From Eledone cirrhosa (lineage: Eukaryota): a stretch of DNA of 64,000 nt. The stretch lies in assembly GCA_964016885.1 (NCBI GenBank), contig OZ024741.1, positions 336,102,001 to 336,166,000 on the forward strand. Reading direction: 5' to 3'. A program made the position numbers and the translations under genes. Positions 52,260-64,000 of the stretch are shown piece after piece; the stretch's first letter is position 1, and every line of letters begins with the position of its first letter. The notes beneath the pieces were generated by a model. The model was not told where the DNA came from and made no database searches. It saw nothing but the letters and a program-made list of their open reading frames with translations.

Positions 52260-52720
52260 CAGCTAAAATAATGGTTTCTGATTTAGGTACAAGGCCAACG
52301 ATTTTTGGGGAGAGGAACGTCCATTAAATCGACATAAGTGCTTTACTGGTACTTTGTAATAATGGTTTCTGATTTAAGCACAAGGTCAGCAATTTTAGGG
52401 AGAGGGGGAAAGTTGATTAAATCGGCTTCAGTGCATGACTGGTACTTTATTTTATTAACCCTATAACGATAAAAGGCAAAACTAACCTCAACGAGATTTG
52501 AACTCAGAATATAAAGGGATGTAACTATATGCCACAAAGCATGTTGTCCAACACTCTACTGATACTACCAATACATGGCCCTAAAATATCAGTTTCTGAT
52601 ATTTAGGCACAACACCAAGAATTTTTTGGTGGGAGGGGAAAGTCAATTAAATCGACCCCAGTGTATTACTGGTACTTTATTTTATTAACCCACAAATATC
52701 AGCATAATAATAAAATTAAT
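52260..52720 (-). mobile_element. Cluster of Meta-like SINE fragments
   Basis: Reverse-complement core ctggtactttattttat..ccc..aaaggcaaa..ttgaactcaga; similar clusters at 59375-59545 and 61480-61880. Confidence 0.65.
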
Positions 52721-52837
52721 TATTTATTAGACTCCTCAAAGAGCATTACCAAGTGCATTACTCGTACTTTATAATAAGCACCTGACATAGTTTTTGGGGC
52801 CTTGATGTCATTGGATGCTTCCACTATGATGAATGGA

Positions 52838-53178
52838 CTTTAGGTTATTGAGTGTTACCTGTACAGTGAACATTGGGTGTGTCAGTGTTACCTGTACACT
52901 GAGCTTTGGGTTATTGAATGTTACCTGTGCACTGATATTTGGGTGTCTCAGTGTTACCTGTGTCTTAGTGTTACCTGTACACTGAGATTTGGGCTATTGA
53001 GTGTTACCTGTACACTGAACTTTGGATTATTGAGAGTTACCTGTACACTGAGCTTTGGGTTATTGAGAGTTACCTGTACACTGAGCTTTGGGTTATTGAG
53101 AGTTACCTGTACACTGAGCTTTGGGTTATTGAGAGTTACCTGTACACTGAGCTTTGGGTGTGTCTGTGTTACCTTTAC
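52838..53178. repeat. 32-bp minisatellite
   Basis: About 10 copies of gttacctgtacactgagctttgggttattgaga. Confidence 0.9.
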
Positions 53179-54240
53179 ATTGAAATCTCATGTCAAATTA
53201 TCATGATATTCAAGAACTCAGTACCATTGTTAGCAGTATTGAGCAAAATGAAAATATGAAGAATACAGCACCTTACACATAAGCCTCCTGGCAGTGACTG
53301 ATGCATCCAACGAACTCATGTTGAGTTGTACATATTCATGCATACACATGAACATAGGCAACTCAACTCTGAACATTTTTCTCTCCCTAACTTCATTACT
53401 TCCCACAGGAATAAAATAAATGGTGGATTCTTTTTCAACACGCTTCACGCGTGTGAATGTGTGTGTATATATATGTGTGTGTATGAATTGTGATGTGGTG
53501 TGGTAATAGCAAAGACGAATATGTAGAGCACTGACTTTAAGAAATACCAGTTAAGATAAGAGAGAGTCTAGTTGTTGTGTTGAGAGAGAGAGAGGGGGGT
53601 GAAAGAGAGGGAGGAGAGAGTGTGAAAGTGTGGAGAATGGGGAGAGAGTATAAAATGCAATATATTTGATGACATTAGTGATAGGTACATACACAGACAC
53701 AGACACACACACACACACACACACGTATGTGTCATGTGACTCAATGATATATATTTGGTGGAAAAAAGTGTCATGTGATGGTAAGAGATTGTAGAGAAAA
53801 GTAAACTAGGCAGAAGAAGTGAACACTGGACAAGATGTTTAGATCAAATCTTAAGACATTGTGGTTCACACATGAGAGGCTATAAGATGGATGGATGGAT
53901 GGTTGGATGGATATGTAGATAGATAGATATATCTATATCTATATATATATATAACGTGTATGTATCATTAGATAGATAGTGAGATAGATAGAGAAGTAGA
54001 GAGAGGCAGACATGGTTTGATTGATTTATGGGTGGAGAGAGAGAGAGAGAGAAATAGGTTGACAGGTAAATAGATAGATAGATAGGTAGATAGATAGATA
54101 GATAGGTCAAGGGAGAGAGAGAGAAAGAGTGAGAATGAGATATATGAAAATATGCCAGTGTGCAAGTTTATGGAAAAATATAGCTGGTTGTATGGAAATG
54201 TGATTGGATAGCTGATAATGGTAGTGGTAGTGTAGTGGCA

Positions 54241-54271
<31 letters not shown>

Positions 54272-54369
54272 TGAGTGTGATTGAATAATAGAAAATGTGA
54301 GAGGGAAGGATAATGTTGGTGTGGTGACAGAGTGGGTGCTGTGTGGGTTTGGAGGAGAGAGAGGGAGAG

Positions 54370-54490
54370 AGGGAGTGAATGATATAGAATATGTGAGAAA
54401 GAGAGAGAGAGAGAGAGAGGGAGTGAATGATATAGAATATGTGAGAAAGAGAGAGAGAGAGAGAGAGGGAGTGAATGATATAGAATATGT

Positions 54491-54526
<36 letters not shown>

Positions 54527-54560
54527 GAGTGAATGATATAGAATATGTGAGAAGGAGAGA
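54370..54560. repeat. Minisatellite gggagtgaatgatatagaatatgtgagaaa(ga)n
   Basis: 4 copies with variable (GA)n. Confidence 0.9.
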
Positions 54561-54829
54561 GAGAGAGAGAGAGAGAGAATGATAGAGAAAGTTGGGAAAG
54601 AGAAAGTTGAAAGAAAAAAAGGGAATCACACACACATACACAAACATATGTTTATATATGTGTGTGTGTGAGTGTATGTGTGTGTATGCATACATTTACA
54701 CACAGACACGTACACACACACACGCATATATATATGTACGCACATACACAGACATATATATATATGTGCAAGATTTACACACATACACATATGCATACAC
54801 ACACACACATGTGTCTGTGCATATTTTTT

Positions 54830-54881
54830 GTGCTGAAATGCACTGGTGCACACACGTACACACACAGACATATATATACTG

Positions 54882-54914
<33 letters not shown>

Positions 54915-54973
54915 ATGTATTGTACTGAAATGCACGGGTGCACACACACGTACACACACATACATATATATAC

Positions 54974-55052
<79 letters not shown>

Positions 55053-55092
55053 ATTGTGCTGAAATGCACGGGCGCACACACGTACACACACT
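54830..55092. repeat. Compound tandem repeat (tgaaatgcacggg.gcacacacgtacac + TA/TG tracts)
   Basis: 3 copies. Confidence 0.8.
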
Positions 55093-55375
55093 TCTACATT
55101 CTATTCTACTGTATGTTGTAGATCCTTTTTAAAACACTGCTATACAAACAATTTGATTTAGTATAACATGAGTTGTTTCCTCTTGGCTGGTTTTATTGAA
55201 TCAGTTTTGCCAATATCTAGAGAAACTTATATTTGTTAGACACTCATTAATTAATCTGTGGACCCAGTATGGCTGAATGGTTACAAAATTTGTTTTCACA
55301 ATCATTAAGTCTTGAGTTGAATCCAATTGTGTGTCTGTCATCTTGGTCAAGTGTCGTTTACCATAGTATAATATA

Positions 55376-55454
55376 CAGGGTGTCCCCCAAAAATGTATAC
55401 ACAAATGTATGCATTCTCATAAATATTGTGTATACATTTTTTGTGACACCCTGT
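55376..55454. mobile_element. Tc1/mariner-type MITE
   Basis: TA-cagggtgtcccccaaaaatgtatacac ... gtgtatacattttttgtgacaccctg-TA; related copy at 62582-62682. Confidence 0.8.
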
Positions 55455-56100
55455 ATATTTGGCAGGCCTCCATATAGTTTCCTCCTCTTACCCAATTTCA
55501 CTCACAAGGTTTGGGTCAACTCAAGGCTATGGTAAAGATATACTTGTTCAAGATGTTATGTACTGGAATTGAACTCAGGATTTCATGATTTGGAAGCAAA
55601 GTTCTTAACTATTCAGCCTTGTATTAATAGTTCAAAAGTGATTTAAATTTGTTTGCAATGATCTACATTGGAAAATCATTTATCCTCTTCCTTGTGTATC
55701 ACTAACGGCCTGTGTTGGTAAATCAGTTTTACTCTTCCTTGTGGCTAACAAATTTCAACTGTTTATATTCACTAAATGTCTATGTACCCCATCACTAGTT
55801 TACCCACACCCTACTCTTTATTTAATGCATATATAAATAACTTAGCATTCAGTGTATTTTCTTATGATATCATCTTTAGTTCCATCAATACTGTGATGGT
55901 ATGGTCTGCTGGAAATTATTCTACCTGTCAAACTTTTTGCAAAAGATGTAGACAAAAGTTTCCTTACTGTCTCCATTCTACCATCTGCAGCTGATTTAAT
56001 ACTAAAGTTGAACGTCCCCTCCCCAACTCCATGTTAACTTATGTATTCAACATACAATTGGAACTTTAAAAACTGACTAAAAACAATGGTAGTCTTACAG

Positions 56101-56176
<76 letters not shown>

Positions 56177-56255
56177 TTATATATATATATGTATATAAAT
56201 ATACATATGTATATAAATATATATAATTATATATGTGTATATATATATGTATATA

Positions 56256-56293
<38 letters not shown>

Positions 56294-56340
56294 TATGATT
56301 AAATATATAATTATATATGATTAAATATATAATTATATAT

Positions 56341-57130
56341 GCATAAACGAACTAAGGAAAAAATTAGAAATAAGAGGGATCAGATGTTGTTTACTCGAGA
56401 GAAGGCTACGTTGGTATGGTCACGTGATGCACATGAAAGACGACAGCTGTATAGCAAATTGCAGGGCAATAAAGATAGACGGTAGCCACGGAGTAGGCAG
56501 ACCCAGAAAAACCTGGGACGAGCTGATAAATTCCGACCTCACACACTTACACCTCTCCAAGACAATGTCACTGGACCGAGAGCTTTGGCGGTACTCAGTA
56601 ATAGAGAAGACCCGCGTTACCTAAATACAAAGTAAAACCTACTACAGTCAGTAGGCATCTCTAACAAAATACACCCCCGTCCCACCACCCCCACCCCATC
56701 CACACCGCCCCTTTCAATGTAAAGTTATGTTGGTGCCACAAAATCCAGGCCGAAACAAATGAGATCGTGTAGGTGTCACGACAAAAAAACACACAGTCCA
56801 CGCTGTAATGTGACCGTGTAGGCAACACGGTAAAAACCTCCCAGTCCCACACTGTAAATGTGGTTGGTGTTAGGAAGGGCATCCAGCTGTAGAAAACCTG
56901 CCAGACAGTCCACGCTGTAATGTGGCCATGTAGGCAACACGGTAAAAACCTCCCAGTCCCACACTGTAAATGTGGTTGGTGTTAGGAAGGGCATCCAACT
57001 GTAGAAAACCCGCCAGACAGTCCTATGCGAGCAAGACAACCACTCTTGCCTCAAGTGGGAAAACTCCCGTCTAAACCCATGCAAGCATGGAACACGGACG
57101 TTAAACGATGATGATGATGATGATGATGAT
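56341..57130 (+). mobile_element. RTE-B 3' fragment with tandemly duplicated 3'UTR module
   Basis: ORF remnant to KTRVT*; ~120-bp duplication 56786-57020; (ATG)n tail. Confidence 0.9.
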
Positions 57131-57290
57131 GTATATATATATATAATTATATATGTATATATATATAATTATATATGTATATATATATAATTATATATTT
57201 ATAACTATATAATAAAATATGTGTGTATATGTATATATATATACAGTAAAAATAATTACATCTTAAAGAAGATGCTTCACATTCATTCAC

Positions 57291-57351
57291 CTTGAGTGGA
57301 TATAGCCATGTGCAGCAGGAGTTGCTGTCCTCATACAGTGTCCAGCATTCA
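57291..57351 (-). other. Possible 61-nt host exon (ECWTLYEDSNSCCTWLYPLK)
   Basis: Minus strand tatttccag|TGAATGC...CTCAAG|gtgaat splice-like boundaries and an open frame in non-repetitive-looking DNA; no homology recognised. Confidence 0.2.
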
Positions 57352-58261
57352 CTGGAAATATACAGACAGTGGTAGTTTTACAATGCCATATGTACAGTAA
57401 ACTGAAGAAAATATACCTGTTTTCAATTTTGTTGTAGAATATTTGTATTCATATCCTTAGACAGGTCAGCTTGGTGGATATTGTGTGAACGAGTTTTAGG
57501 CATACCATATTTTGCTGGCCTATTGGACCCCTCTTCATATAAGGCACCCCTTCATTTTTCAAGGACATTTTGAAAAAAAACAAACAATTTTAGTACATTT
57601 CTTTATAAATTTATAAAAAATTATTTCATTGTTTTTTCAGAAACTCTTACATAAGTTTGACATCATGTTGCTTGTATAAATTGTATTGTATTACTGAATT
57701 AGTTATACCAATAGTAATACAAACTAAAATTTGTTAACCATGATTGTCCTCACTTTCTGTTCAGCCTTTCCTCAGTGATTTGGATGCAGGGACGATTTTT
57801 TAATATGTTTTTTCAGGGGGAAGAAAGTGCATCCAATAGGCTGGCAGTGTTAGGAATAATTTCTCCATAACAACTTACATACTATCCCAGGTAAAGGCAT
57901 GGTGGATAGAAGCTGAGCAGAAGCCTATTGTGTATATCATCATCATATATCTGGCAATTCTGGTATATAGTCAGTGTAGACTTATCTAGAAGCTAAATAA
58001 GCTATAGCTTAGGACCACACACCCTGAGAGGCCTCATTAAAAAAATATATATTTCTATTTTATCATTAATTTTTATTCTTATATAATACTAAATCATAAA
58101 AAATGATATATATATATAGAGAGATATATATAAATATATATAGATATATATAAATATATATATATCATTATCGTTTAACGTCTATCTTCCATGCTATATA
58201 TATATATATATATATATTATTCAAAATATGAATAAATGAAGACGTTCACATAATCAAAATA

Positions 58262-58328
58262 TATGTTTTATATATTTCGGAGGTACTGTGCAGTTTTTTC
58301 AGTACGTCCTCATCAGATAAAATACATG
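58262..58328 (-). ncRNA. Hammerhead-like motif related to 51475-51536
   Basis: Minus strand tattttat CTGATGA GGA c GTACTG...CAGTAC c TCC GAAA TATATA. Confidence 0.6.
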
Positions 58329-58404
58329 AATTCTATGTTGAGTGCTTTGAATCTATTGTAAAACTATATTCATTGAGTAATCAATGAACCTTATTAACAT
58401 TTGG

Positions 58405-58466
<62 letters not shown>

Positions 58467-58559
58467 CTTTCACATAAACATTAATATAAAAAGTAATAAA
58501 GTATATTTATTAAACATTTTTTTTTAAGTGAATGGTCTTAAATTTATATAGCTTAGATC

Positions 58560-58840
58560 CTCAGCAGGTGAAATTCCAGCCATGTGTATATGGCATAACA
58601 ATACCAGACTGATGATGCCACAGGTTTGTGACGAAAGAACTCTTTGAGAAACTATATTTATATCTATATTTTTAACTGTTGGTCAATCAATGATAAACAT
58701 TGATTGCCAGTTGAATTAATTGTAGAAATATAAAATATACTGAAGCAAAAACCAATTCAAAACAAACAGTGAGTGTGTTTTACTATATATTTCTGGCAGT
58801 ATTAAAACAACATGACCCTCCTCAAATATAACAATATGAT
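58560..58840 (+). mobile_element. PLE pseudo-LTR copy with hammerhead
   Basis: caga CTGATGA tgccacaggtttgtgac GAAA GAAC TC tttg at 58605-58646; homologous to 34460-34690. Confidence 0.65.
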
Positions 58841-59629
58841 TAATAAAATATTGTTGTTGATTGCTTCTACATATCTGTAATCAACGTAAATTATAAATTT
58901 CTCTTATGCAAACTCAATTTATCAAAACACTAATTTCCCAGTTTGTATTATTGTTCATATATATCCAGTAATCCTGGTATATATGGTACACCAATCCTGG
59001 ATGGCCAAAATTTAATACATTCAACATTGTCGCCATCATTATTGATAGCACTGCTCCATTTGTTTATTATGATGAAATTGAAGTCAAGTGGAAGTAACTG
59101 CAATAGTATTGTCCCTTGTAGCATTACATAAAATATACAGTCATGGTATGTTCCAATAACTCGTTAAATAATAGAGATTAATTACTAAATACATTAATTA
59201 ATTAGTATAGCAACAGTCAAATAAACATTTTTGATACCAAACCACTTGAAACTGTCTTTGATTCTAGGTTACTAAACTGTTTATTTTAAAGTCATTATAT
59301 TTATCTAAAAGTATTTCCTCGTGATTTTAATGTAAAAATGTTTGTTATAGTCCACACACCAACTGCTACAATGATAATTGTTTCTACTTTAGGCACAAGG
59401 CCAGCAATTATCCCAGTGTATTTCTGGTACTTTATTTTATCGACCCCGTAAGGATGAAAGGCAAAGTTAACCTCGGCGGGATTTGAACTCAGATCTTTGC
59501 TGCAAAGCATGGCGTCTGACCCTCTACCGATGCTGCCAATTCCCCGATAATGTTAGTTATCTTATGAAATCCTTTCAAATTGTAGATTATTTTCAAAATA
59601 TGGTAATGAAATTCTTAAATTATTTGAAA

Positions 59630-59910
59630 ACCTCAAGCAGCATCTTTCATTAGAAATAGGGTAGTGAAAGGGTTAAGGACATAAGCAGTGTCTTTTATTA
59701 GAAATATGGTAATAAAAGGTTTAAAAATATAGACAGTAACCTTTGTTAGAAATATTGTAGTGAAAGGGTTAACGACATAGGCAGTGTCTTTTATTCGAAA
59801 TTTGGTAGTGAAAGGGCTAAATGTAGGCAGCGTCTTTCATTAGAAATGTAATAGGCAGAGTAAACATAGGCAGAGTCTTTCATTAAAAATATGGTAGTGA
59901 AAAGTTTAAA
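59630..59910. repeat. ~47-bp tandem array of piggyBac-like termini
   Basis: Repeated cagtgtctttcattagaaatatggtagtgaaagggttaa units. Confidence 0.6.
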
Positions 59911-62076
59911 GTGTTCATTTTTATCTGAAAACCTTCCTCATAATTTTATACAAAAGCCTTTGTTAAGTTATGTTCCAAACACCAGCTTAATAATGATTAT
60001 GTTAGTTATCTTATGAAATACCTCCAAATTCTTGATTATTTTCAAAATATGAAAATCATAGACAGTGTCAGTTATTGAAAACATGGTAATGAAATGCTTA
60101 AATTGTTTATATTTATCGGAAAAGCTTCCATCATAATTTTATGCAAAAACCTTTGTTAAATTATATTCCACACACTAGCTTAATGATGATAATGTTAGTT
60201 ATATTAAGAAATCCCTCCAAGTTCTTGATTATTTTCAAAATTTTGAAAGCCATAGGCATTACCTTTCATTGGTTTCTGATTTAGGCAATAGGCCAACTAT
60301 TTTAGAGGAGGGGAAAGTAGATTAAATTGACCCCAGTGTGTTACTGGTACTTATTCAGCATGTAAAGCGACATAATTATATGCCACAAAGCATGTTATCT
60401 GATGCTCTATTAATACTGTCAATCAAAGGCTGAATATAATGAATCTAAAGAGAGATACAGTAACGGACTACAGAACACATTATATGGCTTAAAAAAGAAA
60501 AAAAAAGGTGAGAGACCCTTAACTTCTGCTGAATTTGTAGGAACACCCTCTTGAGATATGGCATGTCTTTGGCATTTTAAGCCCTGTGTAACCTGTTTCT
60601 CTCTCTCGTTCAGAACACGGCCAATTTCTTCTAGAGAGAGAAAGAGTGAAAGTTATAAAGAGAGGGAGAGAAGAGAGAGAGAGAGAGTGTGTGTGTGTGT
60701 GAGAAAGAGAGGGTGAAAGTGATAAAAGGAGAGATAGAGGAAGAAGAAACAGCAGTACTAGACTGGTAGTTTATTTATCAACATTGAAAGGCAAAGTTGG
60801 TATTGGTGGGATTTGAACCCAGGGTGCAGGGAGCTGGCTGAAATACTGGTCTTTTTAATTTAACTTCATGATCAAGTGGTTGGACACTAGACAGGTTTCC
60901 CCACCAGACCCTAGTCTGAGGAGGAGGGTAAGTGGACCTCCTGCAGTACAAAAGACAAAAGCTGTTAAAAGGGCAGATGAACTCCTCAGAGTCAATGGCC
61001 ATCCACCCTAACTATAGGTTAAATAGCCTCACCAACCTGAAAATGGCCAAGTGTGGTGAGTGTGATTTACACCCCTGAAGACATGACCAAAGCCAAACAG
61101 AAAGCAGTGGAGGTCAACTAAGGAAGGGTTCCTCCAAAATGTGTGAGAAAACCCTGAATTTTTTAAAATCCAGTGCTCTAACGATTCTGCCAATTTATTG
61201 CCTTGCCATATGAGTAGAATATGGGCAAGTGGAAACATACGATGGAGGATCTTCATAAGACTAACTCCCATCAATCAAATGTTTTGGCCCTTGATTATTC
61301 CTAACACTTGAAGGGAGCTGAGCCCAACCAGGTTATAACTCCTACATGTCCTGCTGCTGTATTTCTCTCCCAATGGGATATGAACCTGGGACTTTCCACT
61401 GATTATTTTCCCCATTCCTGTGGTTTACAACACTCAGCCACAAAAACCATTGGTAGAACACATCACATTTAATTAATAGTAATAATAATTGTTTCAACAT
61501 TTGGCACAAGGCCAGCAATTATTATTATGCCCTAAAATATTAGTTTCTGATATTTAGGCACAAGGCCAAGAATTTTTTGGGGGGAGGGGAAAGTCGATTA
61601 AATGGATCCCAGTGCATTACTGGTATTTTATTTTATCAACCCCCAAATATCAGCATAATAATAAGGTTAATTATTTATTAGATTCCTCAAAGAGCATTAC
61701 CAAGTGCGTTACTAGTACTTTATAATAATAATAGTTTCTACTTTTGGCACAAGGCCAGCAATTATCCCAGTGCATTACTGGTACTTTATTTTATCGACCC
61801 CTTAAGGATGACAGGCAAAGCTAACCTCGGCAGGATTTGAACGCAGAGCGTACAGGACCATAATTAAATACTGCAAAATAATAATAATGATAATCATCGT
61901 ATCTTAGTTCCAGTAGTCATTCTTCTTTTACCATAACCACATCGAGTTTTCTGTCTCTGACAGGCATCTGAGCGTTGCTATTTTTAACTACCTTTTCCGA
62001 TTCATTTCCTCTTTCTCTGTGCAAGGTAAATAACTCTGCTTGTCTTGGTGAGTCAGTGGAATCTAACAATGTATGT

Positions 62077-62233
62077 TCACAAAGTAGAATAATTTGGTTT
62101 TCTGTGAGAAAGATATATGAGATCTGATGTTTTGGGTAGGGGCTTTTCTCAGATGAAGGGATTTGCCTTGGGCATCAAGTTTTCTTTTTTATAATCTTCC
62201 TCACAGCAAACCAAATTATTCCACTTTGTGAAT
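62077..62233. repeat. Old fold-back element
   Basis: ttcacaaagtagaataatttggttttctgtgagaaagat / atcttcctcacagcaaaccaaattattccactttgtgaa. Confidence 0.65.
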
Positions 62234-62581
62234 TTTTATACTTGTCTCAGTTTGCTGACAGGCAAATCAAATATAGGGTGACACTACAAGGTCATTGTTC
62301 CTGCTAGAAATAGCAGCTGAATATCCTTTCCATCACATCCTATTGTCTTAATCTGTTTCTCATTGCACTGTGGCTAGAAAAAAAACTGGAAGGTCATTTA
62401 CAGGATTAGCAATGCCACACACACACACATATATAGGCATGCATACACACACACATGCGTGCACATATACACACATGCACACATACATGCATGCACACAA
62501 ACACATATACAAACATGCATGCACACATACACACACAAACACACACATTCACACACACAAACATGCACACACATATATATA

Positions 62582-62682
62582 CAGGGTGTTCCGCAAAAAT
62601 ATATACACACTTTGATTACCTTTACAGGTAATATTTATTAGAATGCTGTTGAAGTATGTATACATTTTTTGGGGACACCATA
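62582..62682. mobile_element. Tc1/mariner-type MITE
   Basis: ta-cagggtgttccgcaaaaatatatacac ... tgtatacattttttggggacacca-ta. Confidence 0.7.
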
Positions 62683-63154
62683 TATATATTTATAAGAGGA
62701 TGTAGGGTGCTCAAGTGCAGAAAATAAGTTCAATTAGAGCCAGTTACTATAAGATAGATTATAAAATTTGAGTAAAGACCCTTAGAGATGGAAAAAATGT
62801 TGCAGTGACTGCTATGAAAAATCAAACTCTGTCTCTTCCAGATAGTTTGTCACCAGTTCAATCCCACTGCGAAGTCACTTGAGTTGACCAATGCCTTATT
62901 AGTGGAATTTAGTAGACCAAACATGCAGAAGCTTGTCATATATGTTTTGTCTGTGTTTATGTCCCAAAACTTAGTGGTTTGATAAAAAAAGGGTATTATA
63001 TATATATCATCATCATCATCGTTTAATGTCCATTTTCCATGCTAGCATGGGTAGGACTAAAAGATTAATAGGACACACTACATGTATCTTCTGACCAGGA
63101 TTTAACCCCAGACCAGGATCTCATCTGTCTCTAATACCTCCCACTAGGCCATTA

Positions 63155-63525
63155 TCATCATTTCATTTTACGTCCGCTTGCAAGCAGGGAAAAGCGGACG
63201 TAAAATTAAATGAATGAAATGAATTTTTCCCTGCTTGCAAGGGTGGGACGGGAACTGATTCTGGCTTGATTTCTACAGCTGGATGCCCTTCCTAACACCA
63301 ACCTCATTTACAGTGAGTGCTGGGTGCTTTTTTTGCCGTGGCACCTGCACGACCACTTTGCAGTGGAATGATATGGACCCCAGTCCCTATCATCTCATTT
63401 CTACAGCTGAAATGTAATAAAGTGTCTTGCTCAAGGAAACAACACATCACCCAGTCTGTGAATTGAACTCACAACCTTTCGATTGCAAGGCCAATGCTCT
63501 AACCACTAAGCCATGTGCCTCCATT
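63155..63525 (-). mobile_element. V-like SINE with locally inverted-duplicated tail
   Basis: SINE body 63225-63525; tail rearranged as ttttacgtccgctt/gcaagcagggaaaagcggacgtaaaa. Confidence 0.8.
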
Positions 63526-63536
63526 ATATATATATA

Positions 63537-63713
63537 TAGTAATAATAATAAATTTGAAGACTAAAATCCAAAGAGGGCTCGATAAGGATAAATATATATC
63601 AAATATATAAGAACCCTAGAGCAAATATTTATTAAAATAACAGATTAAAGTTTAAGCAAAGAATCGCTGTTAAGGGTGAAAGCAGCGATTCTTTGCTTAA
63701 ACTTTAATGTTTA

Positions 63714-63722
<9 letters not shown>
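63537..63722. repeat. Asymmetric fold-back element (family shared with 29902-30010)
   Basis: 26-bp perfect arms 63644-63669 and 63683-63708; 63537-63626 near-identical to 29902-29991. Confidence 0.8.
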
Positions 63723-63812
<90 letters not shown>

Positions 63813-64000
63813 AGATCTAGCTGTCAAAATGGCCGGAGTTCAGCCGTCGGGGTCCTGACTCTTTTTATATTACCCACTCTACTACCCTAAGTATCAAGTA
63901 CTCTGGTGTGTTCACTTGGTATGTTACCACACCTTCTTTGTTATATATATTTAATGTATAACTAATTGGCCAAGTTGTTAGAACATCGAATTGAATGGTT

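Noticed and set aside
52838-53178. CRISPR-like regular repeats
   Set aside because: Contiguous 32-bp tandem units without unique spacers in eukaryotic DNA; a minisatellite

Overview
AT-rich, microsatellite-dense animal genomic DNA that is almost entirely intronic or intergenic and made of repeats. The repeat content is typical of a cephalopod (octopus-like) genome; this is inferred from repeat types, not established. No host protein-coding gene is confidently visible, and only one weak 61-nt exon candidate was found. Contents: about 10 copies of RTE-clade LINEs from at least three subfamilies, with a C4HC3 PHD finger inside the RT domain in all four copies spanning that region. There is one nearly intact CR1-group LINE (38.9-43.4 kb), in which an AUG-less ORF2 lies in the -1 frame behind a G-GGA-AAC slippery site. 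Also present are a Naiad-like Penelope element with a GIY-YIG endonuclease, two Gypsy-like LTRs with primer-binding sites, two tRNA-derived SINE families, and hAT, piggyBac and mariner MITEs. The most striking unexplained pattern is about a dozen short non-coding fold-back (inverted-repeat) insertions from several unrelated families, mostly within (TA)n. Several carry complete or partial hammerhead ribozyme cores, including a 330-nt rod with an intact hammerhead at its apex (36.0-36.4 kb) and a 346-bp near-perfect palindrome with a hammerhead on each strand (51.2-51.6 kb). Repeat boundaries were read by eye and are approximate.
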